Source: Psychrobacter cryohalolentis K5
Lineage (GTDB): Bacteria; Pseudomonadota; Gammaproteobacteria; Pseudomonadales; Moraxellaceae
NCBI RefSeq assembly: GCF_000013905.1
Contig: NC_007969.1
Coordinates: 1,710,001-1,742,000, forward strand
Length of the DNA: 32,000 nt
Direction of reading: 5' to 3'
Positions within the stretch are counted from its first letter, which is position 1. The number at the start of each line of letters is the position of its first letter. The notes beneath the pieces are model-generated. The model had not been told where the DNA came from. It saw only the letters and a program-made list of their open reading frames with translations, and ran no database searches. Shown one piece after another: positions 19,453-29,050 of the stretch. The position numbers and the translations under genes were made by a program.

Positions 19453-20748
19453 CTATGATTGAGCTCTCAATTGAGCCAATTGTTGATATAAACGCTGCGT
19501 ATTCGCATCGATAAGCGATCCATGCTGATGGAAAGCATCAAGATATACTTCGGTATTCACGCTATCTTCACAAGGTCTGACATCGATACCAATTAAAAAT
19601 AGCTCTTGCATAACGGGCTGCTGCATTTGGGCGTTGAGCTCAAATAGCAAATCTTGATGACCAGCACGAACTTTATCTGCACTTAACGAGCTATTGCTAT
19701 CTTGCGCATAAAATACCATTAAATAATGGCGACCAAATACATTGTAAGAGTGCTCATGGCGCACATAACCTGTCCAGCGCGATTTTTGGTCAATTGTTCT
19801 ATGGGCCAATATTTTTTCTATCAAACACGCATAGGTGTACATGGATTCATCGACCAAAATATCAACCTGCTCTTTTGGTAGTGGGTTACCCGCTTCATAA
19901 CAGCTTTTGATTAAACTATTAAAAAGCTTGTACCACATTCGAGTATTCTTCTGAATCTCTGCCATCAGCGCTGCCGCAAACTCAGTTTGCTCAGGCTCTG
20001 CTGCTTTTAGCAATCGTGGTTCAATCTGTGCTATTAACTCATGACTGAGCAATTGCTCTTGAACTTCAATCGCTCTATGATGAAAATCTGGCGATTGTAA
20101 GAACCGCACAAGCAAAGTCGATTCATCTGCAAACGTCTCAAACCCAGTCAGTTTACTACGATGAAACGCTAGATAGGCGGTCAAATCACTTGGCGTCACC
20201 AACTGGTTTAATATCTCAGCAAAGTTCTGGTAGCTAAATACTTGTAGAACGCTGTGTTCATCGTCCAAATCTAACACACAATCTTCAGCAAAGAACTGAC
20301 TGCCATACTCATAACCAACCGCATAAGATGGCGATGATGAATACTGGTTTTGTAGATTATTATGATCGTAATCTTGATGCTGAACTGAAAGTGATGTTAA
20401 TCCAATAAAATATACGGGTTTATTAGATGTCGCTTCATTTTTATGAGTGATAGCTTTATCGTTTTTGAGATAAAGATGTGCATGTTGCTTGATAAGCTGA
20501 TTGACAACTTCTTTTCTCCATGTACGAACTTGACTAGTATCAATGCCTTGCTTACTTGCCTGCATCACGACATCATTGACAATAAGATAAATCGTCGCAT
20601 TAGAGAACCTGAAAACAAAATCATAACCCTGAAAATATTCAGGGCTAGTGATTTTATTTTCTGATAAGTCATACAAAGACAAAAAACTCTGTTGAATCAT
20701 CTGTTGCCAAATCGAGGGCGTTACTTGCTGATTGTCCATAGTATGCAT
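19453..20748 (-). CDS. Hypothetical protein (about 431 aa), no recognisable domain
   Basis: This is a long uninterrupted ORF with composition similar to its neighbours. An AGGGA RBS lies 5 nt before the ATG at 20748 (MHTMDNQQ...). The ORF-track start at 20781 overlaps the U-tract of the lysS terminator and is unlikely. I recognised no Walker, nuclease, HTH, signal-peptide or TM motifs. Confidence 0.6.
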   Translation of the reverse strand: MHTMDNQQVTPSIWQQMIQQSFLSLYDLSENKITSPEYFQGYDFVFRFSNATIYLIVNDVVMQASKQGIDTSQVRTWRKEVVNQLIKQHAHLYLKNDKAITHKNEATSNKPVYFIGLTSLSVQHQDYDHNNLQNQYSSSPSYAVGYEYGSQFFAEDCVLDLDDEHSVLQVFSYQNFAEILNQLVTPSDLTAYLAFHRSKLTGFETFADESTLLVRFLQSPDFHHRAIEVQEQLLSHELIAQIEPRLLKAAEPEQTEFAAALMAEIQKNTRMWYKLFNSLIKSCYEAGNPLPKEQVDILVDESMYTYACLIEKILAHRTIDQKSRWTGYVRHEHSYNVFGRHYLMVFYAQDSNSSLSADKVRAGHQDLLFELNAQMQQPVMQELFLIGIDVRPCEDSVNTEVYLDAFHQHGSLIDANTQRLYQQLAQLRAQS

Positions 20749-20771
20749 AATGTCCCTATTAATTAAGTACC

Positions 20772-20816
20772 AAAAAACCATAGAAGGCTATTCCATCAAA
20801 GCGGAAAAGCCTTCTT
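20772..20816 (-). terminator. Rho-independent terminator of lysS
   Basis: On the minus strand, AGAAGGCT, an 18-nt loop and AGCCTTCT are followed by ATGGTTTTTTGG (A6 at 20772-20777 on plus). Confidence 0.6.
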
Positions 20817-20866
20817 ATGTTCAGTTTAGTACTAGGATAGACTTATGGCAAGCGAACTATCTTTCT

Positions 20867-22411
20867 TTATCCTTCCAGCTTACGGCGCATGTGTGGGAAT
20901 AAAATCACATCACGGATACTGGCAGAGTCTGTCAATAACATCACTAAACGGTCGATACCAATACCTTCACCTGCTGTTGGCGGTAAACCATAAGACAAAG
21001 CTTCGATATACTCTGCATCGAAATGCATCGCTTCATCATCGCCAGCATCTTTTTCAGCCACCTGACCAAGGAAACGCTCAGCCTGATCCTCAGGATCATT
21101 GAGCTCACTAAAGCCATTTGCCAACTCACGACCCCCAACAAACAGCTCAAAACGATCCGTAATCTCAGGGTTGTCATCACTACGGCGTGCTAGCGGTGAG
21201 GTTTCAGCAGGGTATTCAGTGATAAACGTCGGCTGACGCAATTGGTGCTCAGCGGTTTCTTCAAAGATGATGGTTTGCAACTTACCCACACCAAAGACAT
21301 CCTTTACCTGTTGCTTTAGCGTTGTCGATGCGTACTCTGCAAGATACTCACGATCGTTAATACGATTCATATCAAAGTTTTCTGCATATTTGGCAATCGC
21401 ATCAGACATAGATAGACGTATAAATGGCGCTTTTAGGCTAATGGCTTCTTCTTGGTAAGTAATCTCAGTCGTTCCCAAGATATCCGTCGCCAATTCATTA
21501 AATAAGCGCTCAGTCAAATCCATCAAATCATGATAATCCGCATACGCTTGATAGAACTCAATCATGGTAAATTCAGGATTATGACGGGTTGAAACGCCTT
21601 CATTACGGAAGCTACGGTTAATCTCAAAGACTTTTTCAAAACCACCAACGACCAAGCGCTTAAGATAAAGCTCAGGAGCAATACGCAGATATAATGGCAT
21701 ATCAAGCGCATTATGATGGGTCACAAACGGACGTGCCACTGCACCACCTGGGATCGGATGCATCATAGGCGTTTCAACTTCCATAAAACGCTCATTTAGC
21801 ATAAACTTGCGAATACCGCTAATGACTTGACTGCGCACCATAAAGGTATCACGGGTCGTCTCATTGGTCATCAAATCAAGATGACGATTGCGATAACGAG
21901 CTTCTACATCAGCTAGTCCATGAAATTTATTTGGCATTGGGCGTAATGCTTTGGTCAATAACTCAATCTCTTCAATATGTACGTACAAATCGCCTTTGCC
22001 TGAACGACCGATATAACCTGATACACCAACGATATCACCCAAATCTAGCGATTTGATGTCTGCTAACGTCTTTTCATCTAACTCTTTGCGTGCCACATAT
22101 AACTGGATACGACCTGTCATATCTTGGATAACAATAAACGCCCCACGGTTCAGCATGACGCGACCGGCGACATTCACCTGTGTTTTTTCGCCTTTAGCAT
22201 CATTGTCAGCAATTTCTTGTTTTGAGATACCCTCAAAAGCTGCCTGCAAGTCTTGAGCATAATCTGTGCGCTTAAACGTATTCGGATAAGGCTGTTTACC
22301 TGAAGCGACGATATCATCCAGCTTGGCTTGCAATTGGGCAATCAGCTCATTAGCGTCTTCTGGAGCTGGCTCTTGATTGTTTTGCTGATTTTGATTATTA
22401 GGCTTTGACAT
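20867..22411 (-). CDS. lysS: Lysine--tRNA ligase (class II)
   Basis: An N-terminal OB anticodon-binding region ([28 protein letters not shown]) is followed by class II motifs (FMEVETPMM; RSFRNEG...[11 protein letters not shown]; [14 protein letters not shown]). A GAGAG RBS lies upstream of the ATG. Confidence 0.95.
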   Translation of the reverse strand: MSKPNNQNQQNNQEPAPEDANELIAQLQAKLDDIVASGKQPYPNTFKRTDYAQDLQAAFEGISKQEIADNDAKGEKTQVNVAGRVMLNRGAFIVIQDMTGRIQLYVARKELDEKTLADIKSLDLGDIVGVSGYIGRSGKGDLYVHIEEIELLTKALRPMPNKFHGLADVEARYRNRHLDLMTNETTRDTFMVRSQVISGIRKFMLNERFMEVETPMMHPIPGGAVARPFVTHHNALDMPLYLRIAPELYLKRLVVGGFEKVFEINRSFRNEGVSTRHNPEFTMIEFYQAYADYHDLMDLTERLFNELATDILGTTEITYQEEAISLKAPFIRLSMSDAIAKYAENFDMNRINDREYLAEYASTTLKQQVKDVFGVGKLQTIIFEETAEHQLRQPTFITEYPAETSPLARRSDDNPEITDRFELFVGGRELANGFSELNDPEDQAERFLGQVAEKDAGDDEAMHFDAEYIEALSYGLPPTAGEGIGIDRLVMLLTDSASIRDVILFPHMRRKLEG

Positions 22412-22477
22412 AACACTCTCAAAATTATTAGATAATTAAAGGAATAAACGAAAACGATAAACTTAAATTAAGGGATT

Positions 22478-22511
22478 AAAACAAAAAATTCAAATTAGGC
22501 AGCTGCCTAAT
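22478..22511 (-). terminator. Rho-independent terminator after the Cys-rich lipoprotein gene
   Basis: An 18-bp perfect palindrome, ATTAGGCAGCTGCCTAAT (22494-22511), is followed on the minus strand by TTGAATTTTTTGTTTT. Confidence 0.7.
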
Positions 22512-22547
22512 GATTATGTGGCTTTAGTATTAAAAATAAATAGTAAA

Positions 22548-23021
22548 TTAATCAACACAGATAGCAGGCTGTGCCACACCTTTTTCTATGGTTTGATAAC
22601 AGCCAAAACCGCTGCTGTCACTAGCGCATTGCCCAGACTGGTTTTTAGTACCACTCTTAATGAACTTACCGGTATTTTTGCACTTACCTTGGCAGTCGGT
22701 ACTGTCTTGGCAAGCTTTTCCTGCATCGGTATAAGTCACCACACATTGATAGCAGCCAAGGCGACCTCGCTGTGAAAACGCGCCACCCTTCGCAGTACAC
22801 GCTTGTACAGTCTCATTAGGCGGATAAACACACGCTTGATAAGAAAACAGGTCATTTTTATTAGTCGTTACACTACTATCGCTCTGGTCTGGCTGTACGA
22901 CTGACGTTGATGAAGGCGTGACGCTACAAGCAGATAACCAAAACGCCATCAAAATCGCGACAATAGTCATCGCGATTTTATTAAACGGTAATAGTAGCGA
23001 TGAGTTGGTTATCATATGCAT
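22548..23021 (-). CDS. Putative Cys-rich lipoprotein, 157 aa
   Basis: It has a hydrophobic signal sequence ending in the lipobox LSAC (…ILMAFWLSAC|SVTP). The mature part contains about 10 further cysteines (ACVYP, ACTAKG, GCYQCV, ACQDSTDCQGKC, QCASDSSGFGCY, ICVD). It starts 39 bp after the prfA stop, so the two are probably co-transcribed. Confidence 0.6.
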   Translation of the reverse strand: MHMITNSSLLLPFNKIAMTIVAILMAFWLSACSVTPSSTSVVQPDQSDSSVTTNKNDLFSYQACVYPPNETVQACTAKGGAFSQRGRLGCYQCVVTYTDAGKACQDSTDCQGKCKNTGKFIKSGTKNQSGQCASDSSGFGCYQTIEKGVAQPAICVD

Positions 23022-23060
23022 GGCGTACGCCTCTTATATTATTGGCTGATGAAGTGCTTA

Positions 23061-24149
23061 TTAAGCACCGCCAATACTTGCCATCAAGTCCGCTTGATGC
23101 TCACGTAACAGCGCATCAAGGATTTCATCCAAGTCACCTTCCATAATCGAGTCAAGCTTATATAAAGTCAGGTTAATACGATGATCCGTCATACGTCCTT
23201 GCGGGAAGTTATAGGTGCGGATACGCTCTGAACGATCGCCACTACCGACCAAATCGCGACGTATCGTATCAGCGGCATCTACCTGTGCTTGGACTTTGAC
23301 TTGCTGAATTTTTGAAATCAGCATTTTCATCGCTTGCGCACGGTTTTTATGTTGACTGCGTTCTTGTTGACACTCTACCACGGTACCCGTTGGTATATGC
23401 GTCAAACGTACAGCAGAGTCGGTAGTATTCACGTGCTGACCACCAGCACCGCTTGAGCGGAAAGTATCAAAGCGAATATCAGCTGGATTCAAATCAACCG
23501 TATCATCAATTTCAACTTCAGGCATCACAGCGACAGTACAGGCTGACGTATGTACGCGACCTTGGCTTTCTGTATCAGGCACACGCTGAACACGATGTAC
23601 ACCAGACTCAAACTTTAGACGACCATAAACGCTATTACCAGACACACGAGTAATGATTTCTTTATAACCCCCATGCTCACCCTCATTGGCTGACAAAATC
23701 TCTAAAGTCCAGCCTTGGTTCTGGGCGAATTTTTGGTACATGCGGAATAAATCACCAGAGAAAATCGCTGCTTCATCACCACCTGTCCCTGCACGAATCT
23801 CAAGGAATGCGGGCACTTTATCGTTAGGATCTTTTGGCAGCATCATGAGATTAAGTGCTTCTTCCATCTCTACGATAGTATCGCGAGCACTGTCAATCTC
23901 TTCTTGCATCATCTCTTTCATGTCAGGATCTGATGCTTCTTTTAGCATCGCTTCTGCATCAGCTTGATCCTTTTCTGCACCAACATAGTTCTGCCATAAA
24001 GTGGTGATATCCATCAAGTCGCTGTGTTCGACGGACAATTCACGGAATTTATTGTTATCACTGATGACACTCGGGTCTGATAATAAGGCAGTGACCTCTT
24101 CATAACGGTCTACCATTTGGTCTAAACGCAGGCGTAAGGATTCTTTCAT
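23061..24149 (-). CDS. prfA: Peptide chain release factor 1
   Basis: It contains the GGQ motif ([25 protein letters not shown]) and an RF1-type recognition loop ([27 protein letters not shown]-x-T type). The 362-aa length is typical of RF1. Confidence 0.95.
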   Translation of the reverse strand: MKESLRLRLDQMVDRYEEVTALLSDPSVISDNNKFRELSVEHSDLMDITTLWQNYVGAEKDQADAEAMLKEASDPDMKEMMQEEIDSARDTIVEMEEALNLMMLPKDPNDKVPAFLEIRAGTGGDEAAIFSGDLFRMYQKFAQNQGWTLEILSANEGEHGGYKEIITRVSGNSVYGRLKFESGVHRVQRVPDTESQGRVHTSACTVAVMPEVEIDDTVDLNPADIRFDTFRSSGAGGQHVNTTDSAVRLTHIPTGTVVECQQERSQHKNRAQAMKMLISKIQQVKVQAQVDAADTIRRDLVGSGDRSERIRTYNFPQGRMTDHRINLTLYKLDSIMEGDLDEILDALLREHQADLMASIGGA

Positions 24150-24328
24150 AAAAGGACTTTTAATTGAATAATTGAAATAAGACCGTGATTATAGCAAATT
24201 TTTGCGCTTAAATTAAAACCTCTCAGCAATCTTGTCAATATATGAACAAACTTTTCTACTGCTTGCACCATATCGATGCTTTTTTCTGATAATTTGAATG
24301 CAGCATCAGCTTCCCTTAAAATTTAAAT

Positions 24329-24358
24329 AAAAAAATAGCCAAGAATATTCTTGACTAT
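24329..24358 (-). terminator. Rho-independent terminator of the KAS III gene
   Basis: On the minus strand, ATAGTCAAGAA-tat-TCTTGGCTAT (one G-U pair) is followed by TTTTTTT. Confidence 0.7.
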
Positions 24359-24392
24359 TTTGATAATAATTAAGACTCAAGGCTTAAAAAAA

Positions 24393-25538
24393 TTAGACCT
24401 TGCGGACGATTACCGACCCAATAGAGTAACCAGCACCAAACGAGCAAATAACACCCAAATCACCGGATGCAAGGTCATCTTTATAGCGATGGAAAACAAT
24501 CATTGGGCTTGCTGAGCTGGTATTGGCGAATTCAGCAATGACACTCGGTACAATGGCTTTGTCTGCTTCTTTACCGATGACCGTACGCAAGATTAAATCT
24601 AGCATGTTGGCATTGGCTTGATGGAGCCACATCATTTTTACATCAGAGGTTGCGATGTTATTCTCTTGTAGATGCTCAGTAATGACTTCTGACACTTTTG
24701 GACAGACTTCACGGAAGACTTTACGACCATTTTGTAAGAATAATTTATCGGTTACTGGCTCTTTAATATCCGGATACATCTCTGTTTGCGCGGCCAAAAA
24801 CTCTGAGCGATCCATAAAACCGTATTCGTTTTTGATATTGGTCGAAAACTGAGTAAATAGCTTAGAGTTTAAAATCTCATAGCCTTTAGGCGTATCGAGT
24901 TCTTCGACAATACAAGCGGTTGCGACATCACCAAAGATAAAGTGACTGTCACGGTTACGCCAGTTTAGATGCGCTGAAGTAATTTCAACGTTGACCACAG
25001 CGACGCGCTTAGCAAGACCTGATGCGATAGAACCATGTGCTTGTGATAGACCAAAAGTTGCGGCACTACAAGCTACATTCATATCATAAGCAAAGCCGCC
25101 CACCATACCGATCGCATTTTGAATCTCGATAGAGACAGCTGGATAAGTACGCTGAAAGTTTGAGCAGGCAAGGATGATACCATCTAAATCATTGGCCTCA
25201 AGTCCTGCATCAGCCAAGGCATCATTTAACGCGGCCACACCCATTTCTGCCATGATAGACAGCTCTTCGCCCAAGTTACGATAAGCGATAACAGGTGCCA
25301 TGATGTCAGGATTTAAGATGCCGTCTTTTTCCATCACATAGCGTGATTTGATACCAGATACTTTTTCGATAAAAGCCGCTGATGAAGGTTGAAGAGCCGT
25401 GAGTGTGCCTGCTTCAATGTCAGCCGCATGTTTTGTATTATATTTTTCAACATACTGATTAAAGGACTCTACCAGTTCTTCATTACTGATGCTAAAAGGC
25501 GGGATATACAGGCCGGTGCCTGTGATACAAGTCGTCAT
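24393..25538 (-). CDS. Beta-ketoacyl-ACP synthase III, long FabH-like form (381 aa)
   Basis: The thiolase-fold KAS III catalytic triad contexts are present: NVACSAATFGL (Cys), WLHQANANML (His) and FANTSSASP (Asn), plus the C-terminal GAGYSIG. A strong AAGGAAG RBS is present. The protein is about 60 aa longer than the E. coli-type FabH. Confidence 0.85.
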   Translation of the reverse strand: MTTCITGTGLYIPPFSISNEELVESFNQYVEKYNTKHAADIEAGTLTALQPSSAAFIEKVSGIKSRYVMEKDGILNPDIMAPVIAYRNLGEELSIMAEMGVAALNDALADAGLEANDLDGIILACSNFQRTYPAVSIEIQNAIGMVGGFAYDMNVACSAATFGLSQAHGSIASGLAKRVAVVNVEITSAHLNWRNRDSHFIFGDVATACIVEELDTPKGYEILNSKLFTQFSTNIKNEYGFMDRSEFLAAQTEMYPDIKEPVTDKLFLQNGRKVFREVCPKVSEVITEHLQENNIATSDVKMMWLHQANANMLDLILRTVIGKEADKAIVPSVIAEFANTSSASPMIVFHRYKDDLASGDLGVICSFGAGYSIGSVIVRKV

Positions 25539-25852
25539 GATACGCTTCCTTGTCTACTACTATGGTGCTTGAAATAAGCATAAGGTGAAGTAAAACAACA
25601 GTCGTCTAATTTTGGGTGAATGACTGTAAACTTAAAATAAGTGCCTTTATTATGCCTGAATATTATTATTTTTCTAATACTTTGTTACAAATAATCAGCT
25701 TCTTGCCAAGAATAAGCAAAGATTGGCTTCATTTTGCGGCAGCTGCGTTATAATCAGCCTTGCTTACTCACGTTATTTGTATAAATAATTGATCTGCATT
25801 TTGATTGTCTACATCTCTATTAAGAAATATCAAACTTATTATCTATTTTGGA

Positions 25853-26611
25853 ATGACAATGGTGGAACTTTTGAATTGGTTGTTTGGTCAGTATGCCGAC
25901 TATCCGACCTTGTTTATCGGGTTGGAATTGATTGCGGTTATCTTTGGGGTAGCCAGTGTACTACTCGCCAGTAAAACCAATATTTTGGTATTCCCTATTG
26001 GCTTGGTCAGCACCGCTATATTTGTCTATCTGTTATGGGAATGGCAATTATTTGGTGATATGTTTATCAATGCTTATTATACCATTATGAGTATTTATGG
26101 CTGGATAAATTGGTCAAAAAATAAAGAACTTACACAGCATCGAGACCATATAAACCCCACCGCTCAACAACATAACCAAGAGCTTAAAAACACTGATGCG
26201 CCAAACCTTATCCAAGTAGAACGTTTAGATAAAAATGACGTCCCTATATTGGCACTATTAGCCGCGGCAACTATAGCTTTTGTTGGTCTGGTTTATTATT
26301 TTAGACCAGTTATCAATAACAACTTCAGCTTCGATGGCGCTGAGCTTGGCATGCATCTATTTACGTGGGTTGACTATACTGACATGCTGACCACTGCCCT
26401 GTTTTTGATGGCGATGTGGCTGATGGCACGGCGCAAGATTGAGCATTGGATACTCTGGATTGTCGCTGATGCTATCTCAGTACCGCTCTATTTTTATAAA
26501 GGTCTAACCTTTACAGCATTACAATACGTAGTCTTCACTCTCATCGCAATTTGGGCTTATTATGAATGGCAACAACGCTACCGCCTTCAATCTCACGCAG
26601 CATACGCCTAA
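25853..26611 (+). CDS. pnuC: Nicotinamide riboside transporter PnuC family
   Basis: It is a multi-TM protein with PnuC-like segments (LELIAVIFGVASVLLASK, NILVFPIGLVS, YGWINW, WIVADAISVPLYFYKG). A NadR-type kinase gene follows. The ORF-track start at 25805 is a TTG. The first ATGs are at 25853 and 25859. Confidence 0.85.
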   Translation: MTMVELLNWLFGQYADYPTLFIGLELIAVIFGVASVLLASKTNILVFPIGLVSTAIFVYLLWEWQLFGDMFINAYYTIMSIYGWINWSKNKELTQHRDHINPTAQQHNQELKNTDAPNLIQVERLDKNDVPILALLAAATIAFVGLVYYFRPVINNNFSFDGAELGMHLFTWVDYTDMLTTALFLMAMWLMARRKIEHWILWIVADAISVPLYFYKGLTFTALQYVVFTLIAIWAYYEWQQRYRLQSHAAYA

Positions 26612-27170
26612 ATCCGTCATCAAGGTCGCAGTTTTAGGCGCAGAAAGTACGGGAAAAACCACACTGTGCCGTGATTTAGCTACCCATTTTGGCTGTCCTT
26701 GGGTGCCAGAGTATATGCGCACTTACTTGCAAGCTAAATGGGACGACGAGCAACTGACCTGTACGTGGGAGGATTTGCTACCTATTGCACAAGGTCAGAT
26801 ACTGCTTGAGAATAAGTTGGCAAAGCAAGTATCACAAACGTCAAACGACCATCATTATTTATTTTGTGATACCAGCTTGTTTGAACTGATGGTTTATTCC
26901 AATTGGTATTATGGCGATTGCCCTGAAACGCTTACCCAAGCAGCATTGGTACATCATTATGACTTAATACTATTAACCGACGTTGATACACCTTGGGTTG
27001 CTGATGACTTGCGTGATAGCCCACATCAGCGCGATGAAATAAGCGCTTATTTTGCTGATCAGTTAACAGCTTATAACAAACCATTTCAATCAATTGGTGG
27101 TGATAGAGAGGTGCGGGTTCAACAAGTGATAAAATTGCTAGACGCATCTGAATTAAATAATAATGCTTAG
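26562..27170 (+). CDS. Stand-alone NadR-type ribosylnicotinamide kinase-like P-loop ATPase
   Basis: The Walker A context VAVLGAESTGKTTLCRDLA...WVPEYMR resembles the C-terminal RNK domain of NadR. There is no HTH or NMN adenylyltransferase domain. The gene overlaps the pnuC 3' end by 50 nt in a different frame, and no alternative canonical start lies downstream. Confidence 0.8.
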   Translation: MNGNNATAFNLTQHTPKSVIKVAVLGAESTGKTTLCRDLATHFGCPWVPEYMRTYLQAKWDDEQLTCTWEDLLPIAQGQILLENKLAKQVSQTSNDHHYLFCDTSLFELMVYSNWYYGDCPETLTQAALVHHYDLILLTDVDTPWVADDLRDSPHQRDEISAYFADQLTAYNKPFQSIGGDREVRVQQVIKLLDASELNNNA

Positions 27171-27207
27171 GCTATTTAATAAACACTGTCAAACCTTGCA
27201 CCCATTA

Positions 27208-27891
27208 CTACCTCACGAGCTTAGTGTTTAAAGCTTTTGCCCAATTCCGGCAGTTATCTTCACAGCGCTCGCATTGCTGGTTGGCATCAGAGATAAAGTC
27301 CACGTGTCCGCAGTACATACAAGCGTAATACGTTTGTGATTCTACCTGCTCAACCGCCTGATACTGTTTCGGGAAAAGTGGCAGACCATAGCCGGTGTCA
27401 TCAGGTGGGTATAATAACAGGCTAAAATTGCCATCGGTTTCAAGCAAACCGGTACGAACCTGACCTAAATGCTCGACCCCCTGTTGGCGCATTTCCGCAA
27501 AAAACTCATCATGTGACATTTTCCCTTCTGCTATTTTGTCGTGTACCAGCATGCCATCTTCGACGATATATAAGGACTTACCTTCTAACAAATCTTCAAA
27601 AGGCTGATATTTCATCATGCCCCATGTACAGAGCCGGTAAAGCAGTATTACCGTACTCATGATTAGTACCGCTTGAATAATCGGTAAATCCTCGGTAAAC
27701 ATCGGGTCACCTGCGATAGATCCCAGTGACAAGATGATGGTCAGCTCAAAGATGGAGAGCTGTCGAACGCCGCGCTTGCCGGTAAAGCGCAAAAATGAAA
27801 TGATGAGCACAAACATGACAATGACACGTATCAGTATCTCAGCAGCAAATGTCCATGTTGTATCATGAATGAAAATACTTGCCCAGTCCAT
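27208..27891 (-). CDS. DUF421/YetF-family membrane protein with C-terminal Cys cluster
   Basis: The N-terminal TM helices and the signature LRFTGKRGVRQLSIFELTIILSLGSIAGDP are typical of DUF421 (YetF-like) proteins. The C-terminal tail has CMYCG...CERCEDNC. An AAGGA RBS lies 8 nt upstream of the ATG. Confidence 0.75.
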   Translation of the reverse strand: MDWASIFIHDTTWTFAAEILIRVIVMFVLIISFLRFTGKRGVRQLSIFELTIILSLGSIAGDPMFTEDLPIIQAVLIMSTVILLYRLCTWGMMKYQPFEDLLEGKSLYIVEDGMLVHDKIAEGKMSHDEFFAEMRQQGVEHLGQVRTGLLETDGNFSLLLYPPDDTGYGLPLFPKQYQAVEQVESQTYYACMYCGHVDFISDANQQCERCEDNCRNWAKALNTKLVR

Positions 27892-27994
27892 ATTTTTTTC
27901 CTTGTTATTATTTTTAATGATGGCATCAAAACCACTCTATTTAAAGCTGCTCTATTTTATGCAAAAACTTACTTATTAATTGTAGGAATTATTT

Positions 27995-28909
27995 TTGAAA
28001 GTCACATTGTATACGCTGATTGCGTTAATAGCCTTTGCTGCAAACTCTCTGTTTTGTAGGATGGCCTTAGCAGAGGGTTATATAGACGCTTGGAGCTTTA
28101 CCATTGTTCGCCTATTAAGCGCTGCTGTCTGCTTGAGTATGATCATGGCAACTCAGTCCTACTACTTAAGACATCGCAAATTGAGACTTAGTCATTCTTT
28201 CAATGAAGAGATATTAAGTGAAAGAGGTAATTGGCTGAGTAGCATAAGCTTAGTTATTTATGCGCTGTGTTTTTCGATTGCCTATGTAGAGCTTGAGACT
28301 GGCACTGGGGCGCTGATTTTATTTTCAGCGGTTCAGCTCACTATGATTGGTTGGGGGATTTATAAAAAAGAGACGTTGAGTCATTTGCAATGGATTGCCT
28401 TTGTTATTGCTATCACAGGGTTTGTATATTTGATGCTACCATCGGCCTCAATGCCTTCATTACTCGCTGCCATGCTCATGGCAATCAGTGGTGTGGCATG
28501 GGGTATCTATAGCATACGCGGCAAGACCTGTCTCTCACCGCTGCGAGCCACAGGTTTTAATTTCATCAGAAGTTTGCTAGCGATACCGATATTATTAGTC
28601 GCTGGTTTTATATATCAAAACATTATGGATGTGCAACTCATTCATATCGACAGTATCACCATGGAAGGGATATGGTTGGCGTGTGCATCAGGGGCAATTG
28701 CCTCTGGCATTGGCTACAGCATCTGGTATATGGCAATGCCTTTATTAAAAAACACACAGGCTGCCGTTATACAGCTTTGTGTGCCCGTGCTTGCAGCCTT
28801 ACTGGGCGTGGTAATTTTGTCCGAGCCGATCACTTTAACTTTTATGATAGCAAGTACTGTCATCTTGAGCGCAGTATTGGTCTTTATTTTAAATAAACAG
28901 CCATATTAG
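27995..28909 (+). CDS. EamA/DMT-superfamily transporter
   Basis: It is a protein of about 10 TM helices with two EamA-like halves. The apparent start codon at 27995 is TTG, so the start is uncertain. Confidence 0.8.
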   Translation: MKVTLYTLIALIAFAANSLFCRMALAEGYIDAWSFTIVRLLSAAVCLSMIMATQSYYLRHRKLRLSHSFNEEILSERGNWLSSISLVIYALCFSIAYVELETGTGALILFSAVQLTMIGWGIYKKETLSHLQWIAFVIAITGFVYLMLPSASMPSLLAAMLMAISGVAWGIYSIRGKTCLSPLRATGFNFIRSLLAIPILLVAGFIYQNIMDVQLIHIDSITMEGIWLACASGAIASGIGYSIWYMAMPLLKNTQAAVIQLCVPVLAALLGVVILSEPITLTFMIASTVILSAVLVFILNKQPY

Positions 28910-29050
28910 TCACAATATAAGGCGCTTATGCTGAAAAGTTGTCTATAATGCTCATTTGAGGCGACATCGCCATAGTGATAACAGGGTTTTATAAATATCG
29001 CAGGCGATGGCCGTTTTTATCAGGGCTTTTTATTGAAGGAATTTTATTAA

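Noticed and set aside
20749-20781. Start of the orphan protein at 20781 (MVFWYLINRDI...).
   Set aside because: That ATG and the following codons coincide with the U-tract of the lysS terminator hairpin. The ATG at 20748 has an AGGGA RBS at proper spacing.
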